Positions 1 to 12,799 of a DNA stretch of 64,000 bases are shown here, piece after piece (position 1 is the first letter of the stretch; each line of letters opens with the position of its first letter). The stretch is taken from NCBI GenBank assembly GCA_047967505.1, contig CM106538.1. One strand, given 5' to 3'. The notes under the pieces are model-generated. The model had not been told where the DNA came from and did not search any database. It was given only the letters and a program-made list of their open reading frames with translations. This stretch comes from Dipteris shenzhenensis. Its lineage: Eukaryota. Position numbers and translations under genes: made by a program.

Positions 1-20
1 CAATAGTTACAAATCCTTAC

Positions 21-975
21 CGGCTCATGCCAAGTGGTGGAGGAGTCGTGGAACCGTCCCAAATTCTTATCCAATCTCCCACGGTGAGTGATTGTGGGAG
101 GACTTCATTCCAAGGGGCAACATATCTAGGATGATCAGGTGGGAGAAATCGATGGTGATTCTCATAGATGACCTTATTCAATGTGTCTGCCCGTGAGGCA
201 ACTAGCGAAGGACCACAAACAGGACATGCATGGTAACCCGATGTAGTGAGACCTGAAACAATAGATGCAATTAAGAGTGGAAGGTGGGTTTAGGTTGCCA
301 CGTCCTTGCCTATTCATAATTAAAAAATGCAATGCTTACTAGAACACTCGCCATAGCCTGGGAAGTCATGCATCGTCCACATCAAGATTGCTTTGCAGTT
401 GAATTCTCGTGACGAGGGAGGCCTACTCACATCATGCACCTCGATACCTCTCCAAAGTATCTCTAGCTCATCAATCAAAGGCTCCAAATAAACATCAGGG
501 TTTTTGACTTTATGTTTCCCTGGAACTAGAAGGGACAGCATGACATGTCCTTTCTTAATAGCCATAGAGGGTGGAAGATTGTAATTCACCAATACCACTG
601 GCCATACACTGTAAGACGTGCTTTTGAGACCAAATGGGTTCACACCGTCCATACCCAATCCAAGTCTCAAGCTCCTAGGTTCTTCCTTGAAGCTTGGCCA
701 TGTGTCTTCAATATGCTTCCACGCAGGAGAGTCCGCGGGAGTTCTCCACTTGCCATCGGTTGATCGATGGGAGGAATGCCATGACATGAGCTCTGCAATA
801 GATTTGCACTTGAACATATGTTGGATGCGAGGGATTATGGGAAAATGTCGTAATACCTTACGAGGCACGTCCAAGGTTTTGAGATCTGCTCTATATCTTG
901 CCTCTCCACAAGTAGGACACTCTCTTGCATCCTTATGTAGTCCACGAAACAAAACGCAATCGTTGACACATGCAT
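21..975 (-). pseudogene. CACTA TnpD-like transposase (Transposase_21 region), downstream part
   Basis: ORF 320-952 has CPTCGEARY, HFPIIPRIQ, PADSPAWKH, LGLGMDGVNPF, SVWPVVLVNYNLPP, DVYLEPLIDELEILW and WTMHDFPGY. GT-AG intron 339-253, then an exon encoding GLTTSGYHACPVC ending at a donor at 20. Confidence 0.92.
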
Positions 976-978
976 CAT

Positions 979-1399
979 GCTAGCACGGAATCCGGTCTTT
1001 CATGCAAAGAACAAACACATTGAGGTCAGATACCATTTCATCAAGGAGGTACTTGAGGACAAGCGCATAGAGCTTGTCAAGGTTCATACAGATGATAACC
1101 CTGCAGATATGCTGACAAAGAGTCTACCTAGTCAGCAGTTTGAGTATTGTCGTGTATTGATGGGCGTTGGATAGTATGCTCACTGGTTGTTCTCCCTTAA
1201 AGGCACATTGTCCTTTAAGTGGGAGGTTGTGGGGGTTAAAGGTCACTGTGCCTTTACCCCAATTATGTACAATACTCAAACACATATAAATGAATGAAAA
1301 AGAAGATTAGGGTGGTTCTGCACCCACCAAACTTGTGTGGCTCTCTATCTCTCTCTCTCTCTCCTTCTTCCATTCTTGCTTCTGTTGAGAGCACTCTCA
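979..1399 (+). mobile_element. Duplicated 3' end of copia element 2 (RNase H C-terminus, PPT, LTR 1228-1399)
   Basis: LARNPVFHAKNKHIEVRYHF...NPADMLTK; LTR tgtggggg...ctctca followed by the same gtatg flank as at 41735. Confidence 0.95.
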
Positions 1400-2074
1400 G
1401 TATGATGTTGTGTTTGTATATATGCATGAGGAGCATATTCTCATGGTGTTGTTTATTCCATGAATATTATGGTTGACATTTATTTGTTGCAATGTATGAA
1501 TCATGATGTAGTTTTTGTTGATTATACACCAATTTGTGACTTATTACTTAAGTGGCATTTAGTCATGATATTTATATATTTATTTGATGCAGACAATTTT
1601 ATGATATGAATGTGTGATGATGTAATTATTTGGAAATATAACCTTGTGTGATGAGAATTTTGATATGAATATGTGATGATGTAATATTTGTAATATATTT
1701 CACTCCAAAGTATCAATTCCCAATGCTCCACTCACTTAAAGTACAACATTCCCAATGCTCTGAAAAATTTTATTTAGTTGGACAGAGTCTCCAGTCACTT
1801 AAAGTAGAGCATTTCCAATGCGCCTCTCACTTATTCCAACCCTTATCCTTATCATAGCGAACACATCGTGCCTTAGTGCACTTATATTCTTCCATCGTAG
1901 TCCTTCCACAAACACTCTCTTATTTCTTACATCCTAGTCCTTCTGATTAACTTATATTCGTCTTTCACTTTACGTCTTCCCTGACTTTCTATCACCCTTG
2001 AAGGAGGGGCAGCTCACTGTGCATCCCTCGCTATCGCTCCCTCACTCTCCTTCTCCCACTTTCCCTTTAAGACA

Positions 2075-2531
2075 ATGACTAGTTACTACCCGACTTCATT
2101 TATTGAACTCAAATTCTGTCTTAGATCTCTTTTGTATGGACCAATGAAGGGAAAATCATTTGAGGAGGATATGTTACGCACATGGCTGCTTGATTTGAAC
2201 TCAGCAGAAGAGGTGAATATCCCTAGCTTTCTTTTTTGCTTCTTTTAATCACGTACTTCTTATGCTAACGAGTTAAATTTTTGTACAGGATATGGCGGTG
2301 GCTAGAAGCTGTATTGAAAAAAATGGTGAAGATGAGGAAAGCCAAGAGAGAAAAGAAGAGTTGTTGAATGCTTACAAGTCGGCGCAAGATTCGAAACAAG
2401 TTGTGAGGAGAGTCTATGAGGAGATTTGCGATGCCAGCCCTAGTTATGCATGGCCTGCAAGTTTAAAGTCTACTTGTTTTCATGAAGCCAATGCCATAGT
2501 AGGCACTTTCGAGGACATATGCTCTCTCTAA
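2075..2531 (+). CDS. Two-exon orphan protein (~126 aa), duplicate copy
   Basis: ATG 2075, exon to 2212, GT..AG intron 2213-2288, exon 2289-2531 in frame (MTSYYPTSF...NSAEE/DMAVARSC...DICSL); no family recognised. Confidence 0.5.
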
Positions 2532-3619
2532 TGACTTAATAGTCAAGTGATGGAAATTTAATTCCATAGAGACTTATATGTTTTCTAAAGTAACTGTAAT
2601 AGACAAGAAATGAAACTATAGTTCCACAAAGACTTTTTAGTTTTCTAATGTAAAGTTGTAATAGACAAGAGAGATAAAGACGAGATCTTCTAGGCTGAGC
2701 TAATGGAAGGTGTTTTTTAACACCATATGGCTTTGAGCTATATGATCTACTTCTTGTACAAATGTGTCATGCTTTTTTTTAAATGTACTCTAGTTTTAAT
2801 AACATGTCATGCCATTTTTTCTAATTTGGTTTTTTAAAATCTTACTTTTTGTCTCTTTTAACAATGTGATGTCCTCTTTTTTTGATGTACTCTAGTTTTA
2901 ATAACATGTCACGTCATTTTTTCTAATTTGATTTTTTAAAATCTTACTTTTTGCATATAGGGGAGAAGTTGGCCTCCTTGTTGACCAATCTCAAGACGAG
3001 CACATAGAGCACAATTTGGTCGAGATGGCATAGATGATCCCTTAGACCCTAATGTATTTTGTTGAGGGAATCATCTTCCACCAATAGGATACGTGTGATC
3101 CACGCTCTATCTCAATCTATGTCTCACAGGCAAGTCTTCTTCTTAATAATGATCATGAGGCTCATCTGGCCTCTGGACTTGATTTACACCTTCCAAGTTT
3201 TCATCCATGCTTATGGATGGACTCATGAAGGGACTTGTTGGATTCCTCAAAATCCTAGTGCTTTGTGGAAGAATGCTCCATTTCTTCATATCACCACCTT
3301 GAGGACTTGCCAAATGTCACATTCCTCAGGTCATCTTGGATGAAACTCAGGAAAACAGATTCACTCTTAGTGTCAATATAGTAGTTGTGACCATCTCTCC
3401 ATATGCATGGCTGTGCCTTCTCCATCCTTGAGCTCTCAGGTCCCTCTTACATCCACTCATCCTTGTTGATTGTCATTCCTGGTTTTGATTCCATACCAAC
3501 TTTGTTGACTAGATTTCACCAACCTCTTCTACCACAGAGCATGTACTCTTCCATCCTAGCCACGTACATTCGATGTCTCTCTGAGTGTGTATCAGTCAAA
3601 AAGCAAAATGTCCCTATGT

Positions 3620-5300
3620 GATTGTGGAAAAGTCAGTCTTATCGCGAAATCTGTGGTTAAGCGACTGAAGCTCAAGAACTTGAAGCATTTTTCAATACAC
3701 ATGGTCGATTAGTGACTGCTAGAGCCTAAAGGTATGCTCACCGATGTAGCCATCAACATCAAAGGAGTATATTATGCTTTAAGTTTGATCGTCATTTCAA
3801 TGGAAATGAATGCCTATCTAATCTTCTTGGGTAGACCATGGTTAAAAGGTGTCATTTCAATGGAAATGAATGCCTATCTAATTTTGTTGGGTAGACCATG
3901 GTTGAAAGGTGCCAAGGTTTTGCATGATTGGGGCTCCGAGTTCATGATAAACAAGACTGGGGATATTGAGGTGTGAATCCTACTAATCTAATCAAGTTAT
4001 TGAGCAGTTGTCGACCCAAGGACATAGAGGTGAAAGATCAATTTCGGATGTTGAGTCTCGGCTAATGAAAATGCATATTTTGCCTTTGGGGGAAATTGAC
4101 ATACACTAGGTGGCTGCCGAGCTAAAACAAAAAATGAAAGACTTGAAGTTATCAAAACAATAATATTTGTACACTGGTCATTTCATTGAAGAGATTGGTG
4201 AATGAGAGCTAACCGAGCCTAAGATAACCATCATTCAACTTAATTCTAAACACTTGATTCTAGAACCGACTCGGAGCTCAACTTGGATATGGTCAAGGAG
4301 TCACGTACAATGATCATAAGTGCCCATCTCTTGGATGATCAACTTTAAGCAATCAAAAGTGTGTTTCTACAATATAAGACATGTTTCCATAGAGCTACAA
4401 TGGATTGATGGGGAGTTCCTCTAGAAATATGCCAACATCGAATTTCATTGATATCTGATTCTAAGCCAATGCAACCCAAAAAAAAAAATGATGAATTCAA
4501 AGATGCCAAGAGGTTATCCAAGCTCAACCAATTGATCCGAGCAAGCTTCATCTATGCAATTGATCAAAGCAATTGGCTATTCAATCGTGGTGGTGCCCAA
4601 GAAGAGTGCAAACTCCAAGTTTGTGTGGATTATAGGAAGGTTAATGCTCAAACAATGCCAAATCATTTTCCAATTCCGTTCATTGATGGAATACTTGACC
4701 AAGCTACAAGACACGAGATGTACTCATTTATGGATGGCTATACTGGGTACAATCAAATTTCTTTGGCTCCCAAGGACCAACAAAAGACTATGTTTATCAC
4801 AAAATGGGCTACATATCATTGTAAAGTAATGCCATTTTGTCTACATAATGCATCATCATCAAAAAATTTGAGATTCATGGTTTGAGACTTTTTAGGTTAC
4901 TTAACCGAGTTTATCACCATTTACTTGGATGATTTTTGTGTATACTCGACAATATCTATGCATCTTGCTTGCCTTGAAAAGTTTTTGCCACACACGAGCA
5001 AGAATCTCCCTGAACATAACCAAGTGTGTTTTATGTGTGAAGATTAGTATATTGCTTGGTTATGTAATTTTCAAGGAAAGCATTCAAACCAAGCCCAAGT
5101 AAGACCCGAGCAATTCAACAAATGCCAAAACATGAGAATCTAATATAACTCAAGTCATTTGTTAGCTTCTATAGGAGGTTTGCGAAGGATTTTGATGAAA
5201 TTGCACCACCTCTATATGAAATGACCAAGAAGAATATCAGGTTCCCAATGAATCCAAGAGTTGTCTACAACATTTCATGAACTCAATGATGCTCCTGGAG
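3620..5300 (+). pseudogene. Degenerate Ty3/gypsy pol fragment (aspartic protease + RT), duplicate copy
   Basis: ILLGRPWL (in a 60-bp tandem duplication 3791-3910), SIVVVPKK, CVDYRKVN, MDGYTGYNQI, VMPFCLHNA, YLDDF; many frameshifts; boundaries approximate. Confidence 0.85.
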
Positions 5301-6288
5301 GTCCATGAGCATCAACGCATTCACATGGTCATAATAAAGCCGGTGGTTGTCCATGAAGAGGTTGGAGCTCATATTGGAGCCCTACTCACGTTGTACTAGT
5401 TTGGATTACAAAAACACTATTTTTACCTACATCAATTAGAATGATCTACCATAAATGGAAATAACACTTCCCAAGAAAAGGTTGTTCAAAATGTACATAT
5501 AATGGAAGATGCTCACCCAAAAAAGTAAAAAACCTACATAAACAAACCTAAGTAAGTGAATGATTACCTTTGATAAAGAAAGTCAACCGAGATGGCGACC
5601 AAAAATTCTTCCACCTCTTTTGATGATCCCAATTGGTATATTCCATTGCAAGTCATCGCTAAAGATCAATTAAGTTTTGCTAGCTATAAAAGGATGGAAT
5701 CAATGCTACTGGGCTACAAATGCACCACACATAATCTAGAGAATTGTAAGCACTGCCTTCAAAAGACTAGTACATACATTTTTTACATATGTTTTTAAAT
5801 GACATGGACATAGCTTTGGACAAGAGTGTTCATTAGGGGACAATTGGGGTCTCCAAAGGGCCTCCAATTAGTGTTTCCTAATTTCAAGTGATTAGTGAGG
5901 TATTTGAGGTGTACCAATGGGAGTGCTCCTTTTTGTGGGGCAATGCCATGTTGAGGTGGAGGGTGGGCAGACCTACAAAGAGCCCCTATTGGCTACTCCT
6001 CTTACACCGACGAGGACCACTCAAACCATCCCCGCCCCCCTCAACCCATGCTTGACCCTTCTCCCATATGCACCTCCCCCAAACAAACCTACAAGTCATT
6101 CAAGAGGCGGTGGGCCCTTCTGGGCAAATTTTTTCCCCCTCTCAGCTTGTTACAGGCCTGGTCCAGCTCCATTCTCTCTCCATTTTTCAAATGTGGGAAC
6201 TCATTTGGCATCTTCTCTATCCCCTCCTGCTCTGGTTCACTGTGTTTCTCCCTCTCCAGCACCTCCTGTAGCAACTGCTCATTCTCTC

Positions 6289-6479
6289 TCCATTCCTAGC
6301 TACAACACCTCTTACAGTAGTAGCTGCTCATCCCCCTCTGCTCTTTCTTCCTCCATTCCTAGCTACAATACCTCTTGTAGTGGCTGCTCATCCCCCTCTA
6401 CTCTTTCTCCCTCCATTCCTAGCTACAACACCTCCTGGAGCAGTTGCTCATCCCCCTCTACTCTTTCTCCCTCCATTCA
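6289..6479 (+). repeat. ~60-bp C/T-rich tandem repeat (about 3 copies) upstream of the BAH-like gene; also at ~46630-46820
   Basis: Repeating ctccattcctagctacaacacctc...gctgctcatccccctct. Confidence 0.85.
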
Positions 6480-6615
6480 GCACCTCTTGGACCTTCTCTC
6501 AACCTTCAGTTGCACCCTCTATACCTTCTCCCTCTCTTTCCCTCTATCGAAGCTGCTCTCTCCCCCCAAGCTGCACTTTCTAGTCCACTATTGCTATTGT
6601 GACCTCTGTACAAGC

Positions 6616-7863
6616 ATGGTGAGGAGACCATACATGTACTCTGTGTCCCACAGGAGCAAAAATGCACTGGGCGAATGGGTGCCTTGCACCTATAGCTTGA
6701 ATGATTGGATAGTCATGAGAGGATCTACCAAGGGTCCACATAAGCTTCCCAAGAGCAAAAGAGGTGATCTTTTGCATGAATGGAAGGGCCGCATCATGAA
6801 GTTCAAGCTTGGGAAGAAAGGATTGTTTGCAAAGGTGCAACACATCTACATGGGAAAGGACATGTGCCTTCCTCCATCAAGTAATCAATCGACAATACCA
6901 TCGCATTGTAAGTCTGCATTTTGTGTAAGATTTTGAAGTGTAATGAGTCAGCTTGAAATTGTATTTTGAAATAGAACCAGTGTAATGAGTCAGTTTGAAA
7001 TTGTATTTTAAAATAGCACTTGTGCATAGTAGATGTATTTCCTTCAAACTTTGAGGAGTGGGAACCAGTCGAGTGCTTCTTAGGTAAGTTTACTGCCATT
7101 CATGAGGATTTAGGAAGGCAAATGCATGCTAGAGAGAAGTCCTCTGCTTTGAAACACAGAAATATCTATTGGTATAATGCCAAGTACATTACTCCAAGGA
7201 CGGCATCAGGCTATGGCCATCTTCAATGCATTGCAACACCACAACTTGAAGACATGGATTGTAGCATGGTGGACACAAGAACAATGCAATCATACAAGGA
7301 AAAGATTACAAAGGATGTGGGCATGGCCATGAAGTTTACATTTGGCTCTACATGGGTAAGGTTGTCTTGGTTTATGCCTCTGCACATTTTTGCTTCTTGT
7401 TTTCATAACATCCAGAAGCACAGAACAAAAACCATGTGGTCATGCAAGTGCCTACATGAGAATGCCCTTGAGGAATTGCTTGGGGTGAATTGGGGAAGCA
7501 AGTCAGGTGAACAAAAGGGTGATCTGTTTCAATGCCATGTATGTAAGGACAACATGGTTGTCAAGTACCACATCTCCCACCAAATGTTATATTTTGCTTT
7601 CCACTATAGGCGCTGAAAGAAAATAGGTGGCAATTGGCTCCCCCTTGACTCTAACGATGATGATAATACACGGATAAGTTTATGTATTGGTTCTCATTTA
7701 GGAGATGTCAAGAATGTGACTGTCACGTCACAGTGGACTCTCAGGGACGTGCGGGAACACCTATTGGTCATGGAGGATGGCATATCTGAGTCCTTTCACT
7801 TTACCTTAAATGGTAAAAGTGTAGGAAAGCGTGCAGAGCTCGTGCATAGTGCCACTTTTATCC
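6616..7863 (+). pseudogene. BAH-like + unknown + ubiquitin-like protein, 3'-truncated duplicate copy
   Basis: Exon 6616-6907, intron to 7029, exon 2 in frame; DWIVMR..EWKGRIMKF..AKVQHIY..VFPSNFEEWEPVECFLGKFTAIH resembles a BAH domain; in-frame TGA at 7614-7616; cut by the duplication junction. Confidence 0.6.
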
Positions 7864-7946
7864 TTATGTAGTCCACGAAACAAAACGCAATCGTTGACAC
7901 ATGCATGGATGCGCTTGTAAACTTCATGGCCATGCCCACGAAGCGC

Positions 7947-8824
7947 ATCCTTATGTAGTCCACGAAACAAAACGCAATCGTTGACACATGCATGGATGCG
8001 CTTGTAATCTAATCCTCCAAGAGAGGTCACATGTTGCCTTGCCATATCTCTTGAGGTCGGTAATTTATTCTCCCTTGGAAGCATTTTACACAATAGCCTG
8101 CACATGAAGACCATAAATGAGGAAAAGCATTCGAGTAATTGACCCACGCGCATAATTCATCATGTTTGCAAAATCGACTTTAAATTAAAGCTTACTTGAG
8201 TAATGCATTCAAACTTGCATTGCTCCATCCATAGATGGTTTGCAAGTTTAGTAACTCAAGGGAGGCACGTAGAACAGAGAATGTGCACCCCTCAAACAGT
8301 GGAGTCGATGCTGCGGTAAAAAGATCATCCTACTCCATGCTATTATCCCTCCCTTGATGGACATATAAATCCCGCACCATATCATCAAACACCTCCTCCT
8401 CCACGGCTTCATGAGGTAATGGTGGAGGGCTACTATCACCATCACTCCATGCATCCGTAACGGTCCCTCCTGAAGATCCCACCTCATATCGCCGACACTT
8501 CGCCTCCTCACGACGGGCATAGGGTAACATGTGCGGGTGTGGCACTGCATCCTGTATCAAATTAAAACGGGATCATTATAACTCAAACATATGAACACCC
8601 ATAGGTATCTCAATCAACCTTAACTTACAAATCCTTACCCTGTTTACGGTCACATCCCATTCTCCATACTTTGAGATATGATTGAGCGTAATCTTGTGTG
8701 CACGATACATGTTTCCTCGACATCGATCACACAGACATTTGATTTTTTGCTCCAACCACATTTCGCGATGGTGGATACGGAGGGATTCATCCTCACTGGA
8801 GCTGCTTATTGAAGATGGAGACAT
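7947..8824 (-). pseudogene. CACTA TnpD-like transposase, N-terminal exons
   Basis: KIKCLCDRCRG..HISKYG (like the transposase-associated domain), then LLCKMLPRENKLPTS...GLDYKRIHACVNDCVLFRG, which joins directly to the 320-952 ORF. Confidence 0.85.
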
Positions 8825-8894
8825 CCTACAAACAAACAACCCACCAAATTTGCTCTTCTTCAAATGCTTAACTTAAAAACTCTGTGTCGTGTTT

Positions 8895-9790
8895 ATCACC
8901 GCGTCTATCGTCGCGTCTAATGTCGCATCTACTTGCGCGTCTAAATGCCCGTCTACTCTGTGTATTTAAAGGCGCCTGTAGACGCGCTAATAGACGCGAC
9001 TATAGACGCATTTACTCTGTGTATTCAAACGCGACTATAGACGCGACTATACCCGCGACTTTTAAACCTGCTTTTCGGTGCGCCGCTCGCTTTGCTTTTC
9101 TTTTGACTACTTAAACTTCGCGAGCGGCTTTCTTCCTTCTTTAGTAGCAGTTCTATAGATTCGAAGCTTAAGAGAGAGCCTCCCATACACAGTTCCAAGC
9201 TTTCACTCAAGACAAAGGGACCGTACCTACACAGCTTGCTTCCAAGCCTAAAGAAGAGGAGGAGTACGAACAAGGAGAAGAAACAAGTTTGGAAAAGAAA
9301 GATCCTTCCATACCTTTTTCCAAGTAAGTCCTTTTGAAGTTGTTCTTGCTTGCTCTTTCCAGTTTTGTACTTTTTCGCATCCACGAAACGCAGCATCTAG
9401 GTATGAGCGACACGTTCTTTTGTCGGGCGAAACGTCCTTTTCCACTTTTGAGTATTCTCGACTGTCGGAGCGCGTGTATACAGGCGTCTGAGGGCGCGTC
9501 TAAATGCGAGTCTACAGGCACGTCTATATGCGCGTCTAGCTTGTTACACACATAGACGCGTATATAGACGCTCAAACAGACGATCTGTTAAATGGAGTTT
9601 TAAACGAATTGTTAGACGCGCTTTTAGACGTGCTCTTAGACGGATGTTTGGACGGGCTGTTAGACGCGCTTTTTGACGCACTGTTAGACGGCTGTTTTGA
9701 CGGACTGTTAGATGCAGTGGTAGACGCACTTTTACTTGAACTGTTAAATGCTCTATTAGACGCGAAGATTAGACGGGTTTATAGACACGC
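8895..9790. repeat. Internal cluster of TAGACGCG-like motifs in both orientations between the two divergent CACTA genes
   Basis: Many tagacgcg/cgcgtcta/tagacgg variants at 8895-9060 and 9470-9790. Confidence 0.8.
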
Positions 9791-9873
9791 TCTGACAGAG
9801 TCTCTTTTTTTTTTTCCCCCCTTTCTTCTCAGCTCCCAAAGTAATAGATTTGTTTATTTTTTTCCAGTTTAAC

Positions 9874-11345
9874 ATGTGGGGAGGAAGTGCTTCTAGCTCA
9901 CGTGATCCGTGTGAATCGATATGGAAGGATTTATATAATATTTTAGGGCACCCTCCTAGTCCTGCGGAGTTATACGAGTACATGACGGGTACCCTTAACG
10001 CTCCCCAGGAGTCGGCACTACAGACTCCGAGCCACCCCACACCGCTTGAGATCACCCCAGCGGAGTCCGCATAGCCGTCTTATGCCCCATCTTATGCCCC
10101 TTCCCTCGTACCATCTTATGCCCCTTCCCCCATGCCGTCTTATGTCCCTTCTGCCATCCCGTCTTATGCCCCTTCCCCCATGCCTTCAGGAGGTCCTTCT
10201 GCCTCAGCGAGCCGTCGACATACTCCCTAGCCATCGAGACTCGGTTCTCCAGCTACGAGTTCAGCATAGTCCCGCGCAGTCCCCAGCTACGAGTGGCCAG
10301 CGTACGAGCTCGACATGACAGGGTGGCAGGCGTAGTAGCAGGGAGAGCGGTGGCGGATGCATGGCACAGTGCTTTGGGCCATGTGGCGGTGAGGCCGAGG
10401 ATGATGATTCCGATGATTTAGACGTGCCTCTGGGTGATGGTACGATTTATTATGACATCACCCAGACAGAGGCATCTTGATGGATGCGCGGGGGAAGGAT
10501 GTAATGGCCTTCATGCGCTCTGTAATTGCTAACAATTATAGAGATTGCTTTATCCACTATAAAGACCACCCAAAGAGGTTGGCTGATGAGACCCTCGCTA
10601 CTGTTCGCTCTAGATATCCTAACCCCCCCAATCGCTAGTTCACAGATAAATGGGGGAAGTCAAAGATTGTTACGATACTTAGCAATAAAAGATCTTCCCT
10701 TAAGAGGCAGGCACTAGCGGAGCTTGCCAGACTTGAGGCAGGTCAACCTCCAAGGGGCTCGCCCCACACCGCTCAGAAGCGTGAGTGGAAGAAGGCAATG
10801 AAGTCAGCGAGGGAGGAGCCCAGTCTGCAGCACGTGGAGGTACGGAGGATCCAGATGGAGGAGTATGGGAGCGCGCATTTTGGAGCAGGGGGTGTTGAAT
10901 CATGGGAGGCCCAATTTGTAAGTATCGATCTCAAATTATATTGCTTATGTAGTTTATTAGGAGGTTGGTTGTTTCTTTGTACTAATCCCTCCACAAAGTG
11001 TATCGCGGTCATGCAGCTTGAGATCGTGGGCAGATACCCTACTCTAGTGGAGACAGCCTACCACCGCCACCATCGCAGAGGAGATACATGGAGGCACTTC
11101 TATGATGACGGGTTGATTACTGAGGAGCAGTATACCCGAGCGACTGGACAGGCCCCCCAGGTATTTGAAAGTAATTAAATAATGCCAAAATTATAAGTAA
11201 AGATTTGATTTCTCATACATTGATATATGTTGTCCCTTGTTTACAGGGCACCCCTGCACAAGACGATGAGGAAGACGAGGAAGGAGGTGCAGAAGGGAGC
11301 GCAGAAGGCAGCGCAGAAGGGAGCGTGGAAGGCAGCGAGGATTAG
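9874..11345 (+). pseudogene. Second CACTA gene, probably TnpA/Transposase_24-like, spliced and degenerate
   Basis: ATG after an acceptor at 9867; P/S-rich N-terminus; EWKKAMKSARE..SAHFGAGG; introns 10918-11016 and 11161-11246; acidic C-terminus; internal stops. Confidence 0.5.
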
Positions 11346-11704
11346 TCGTAGAAGTAGTGCTACTATTCTTTTTTGTACTTAAAGCCATTGGCTTGGCTTC
11401 GTGCCTCTTGTATATAGACTCCTCTTATTTTTTGTACTTGAAGCCACATGACATGGCTTAGCTTCCTTATTTTTTGTACTTGGAGCCACATGACGTGGCT
11501 TAGCTTCGTGCTATATGTATATACAAGCACTTTTTGAGCTTTCAATTTTATTGCATTTTGGAGTTGTAATATTTTATTTGGAATTGTAATTAAAATGAGG
11601 TTGGCTGTAAGAATTGAATTACAGAATGTGGATATGGGATTCTTGTAACTATATAGCATACACAACATACACAGTATTCTGTAAAATTTTTTTTTTAAAA
11701 AAAG

Positions 11705-11965
11705 GCGCGTCTATCAGTGCGTTTACAAACGCGTTTATATTCGCGTCTGTCTGTTCGATTTACGTTTATACATGCGTCTATCAAAGCATTTATATGCACG
11801 TCTATTTATGCGTGTATGAGCGTGTCTATACGCGCATAAGTCTGATATATAGACGCGCTAATAGACACGGGTCTCCTGACGCGCAAATAGACGCGCCCGT
11901 AAGTTTTTTATTTAGTTCATGAAACGCGTCTGTGCGCGCATCTATGGGTGCTTTGTCTTGTTGTG
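11705..11965. repeat. CACTA subterminal repeats and terminal inverted repeat
   Basis: cgcgtcta/tagacgcg motifs running into ...ttgtcttgttgtg. Confidence 0.75.
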
Positions 11966-12509
11966 CTTCCCAAATGAAAAGTTTACTTTGTGAAAATATC
12001 CTTTCCAAATCAAAATTTTACTTTTTGAAGATATTCTTCCCAAATCAAAAGTTCACTTTGTGGCACTATCATATTCACATAAAAATATTGTTTTTTCAAT
12101 CTATACTTTTGCACCAATATGCAAGAATTTGAAATAATCCTATTTTAGAAATTCTAGCTATACCTAAGTTATTTGTTAATTTAATTATTTTTAATATTTT
12201 TCCTTGACGTGATAAATTTATAAATCCATGAAAGGAGACTTAAATATTTCATGAAAATAACATTGTCACTTGCAATATGCACAAAATTTTTAAAACTTTT
12301 AATAAATAGAAAAAAGACATGATGCCATAAGACCCACGTTTTGTATTGAACCAAAGAATTATAATAGCAATTATAGCTATCATTATATGTTTACATTGAG
12401 AGACATTGCTCTCAGGTGGAGTCTTTGTATCCAAAATGATATAGATTGAACATATGTTTACAATTTAAATTGTTGCTCTTAAAGAGCCTCAATTCGTGCC
12501 ATCTGCATA

Positions 12510-12715
12510 ATTTGACTCCCCATTGTCTTATTGCTCAATGTCACGACAGTCCCTTGCCAGCAGTTGCCATCTGCATTAACTCCCACTTGTCTTGCTAAGC
12601 TTGCCCCTTGGGTGCATTGACTCCCCATTGTCTTATTGCTCAATGCGACAGTCCCTTGCCAGGTGCCATCTGCATTAACTCCCTATTGTCTTGCCAAGCC
12701 TTGACCCTTGGGTGA
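12510..12715. repeat. ~105-bp tandem duplication
   Basis: ttgactccccattgtcttattgctcaatg...cagtcccttgccag...gccatctgcattaactccc occurs twice. Confidence 0.8.
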
Positions 12716-12799
12716 CATCCAGTGCATATTTTGACTCTCATTTGACATAGGAGGTGATGACTCTGATTATAATTGTCTTGAATTGGCTTCTTGCCTAAG

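Larger units (their letters stand above)
979..7863 (+). repeat. 6.9-kb near-identical segmental copy of 41318-48210 inserted into the CACTA transposase
   Basis: Sequence and ORF track match the downstream copy almost base for base (e.g. ORFs 2292/42625, 3734/44077, 7020/47364). It begins inside copia RNase H and ends inside the ubiquitin-like coding region. Confidence 0.97.
1..11965 (-). mobile_element. CACTA (En/Spm) DNA transposon, right-hand part; runs off the left edge of the window; disrupted by a 6.9-kb insertion
   Basis: Transposase_21-type coding sequence on the minus strand; two dense clusters of TAGACGCG/CGCGTCTA motifs; terminus ctttgtcttgttgtg at 11951-11965, whose reverse complement CACAACAAGACAAAG resembles the En/Spm TIR CACTACAAGAAAA. 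Confidence 0.8.

Noticed and set aside
5917-6936. 339-aa Ser/Pro-rich ORF (and 46261-47043)
   Set aside because: The N-terminal two thirds are promoter/UTR-like sequence and a 60-bp repeat; only the part from ATG 6616 looks coding.
979-7863. Duplication as a pure assembly artefact or as giant LTRs
   Set aside because: The copies differ by scattered substitutions and indels and have structured repair junctions, with no TG..CA ends, PBS or TSD. An artefact is unlikely but needs reads to exclude.
12064-12068. CACTA pentamer as the element terminus
   Set aside because: Wrong orientation for a right end and not followed by a TIR-like sequence; 11951-11965 fits better.
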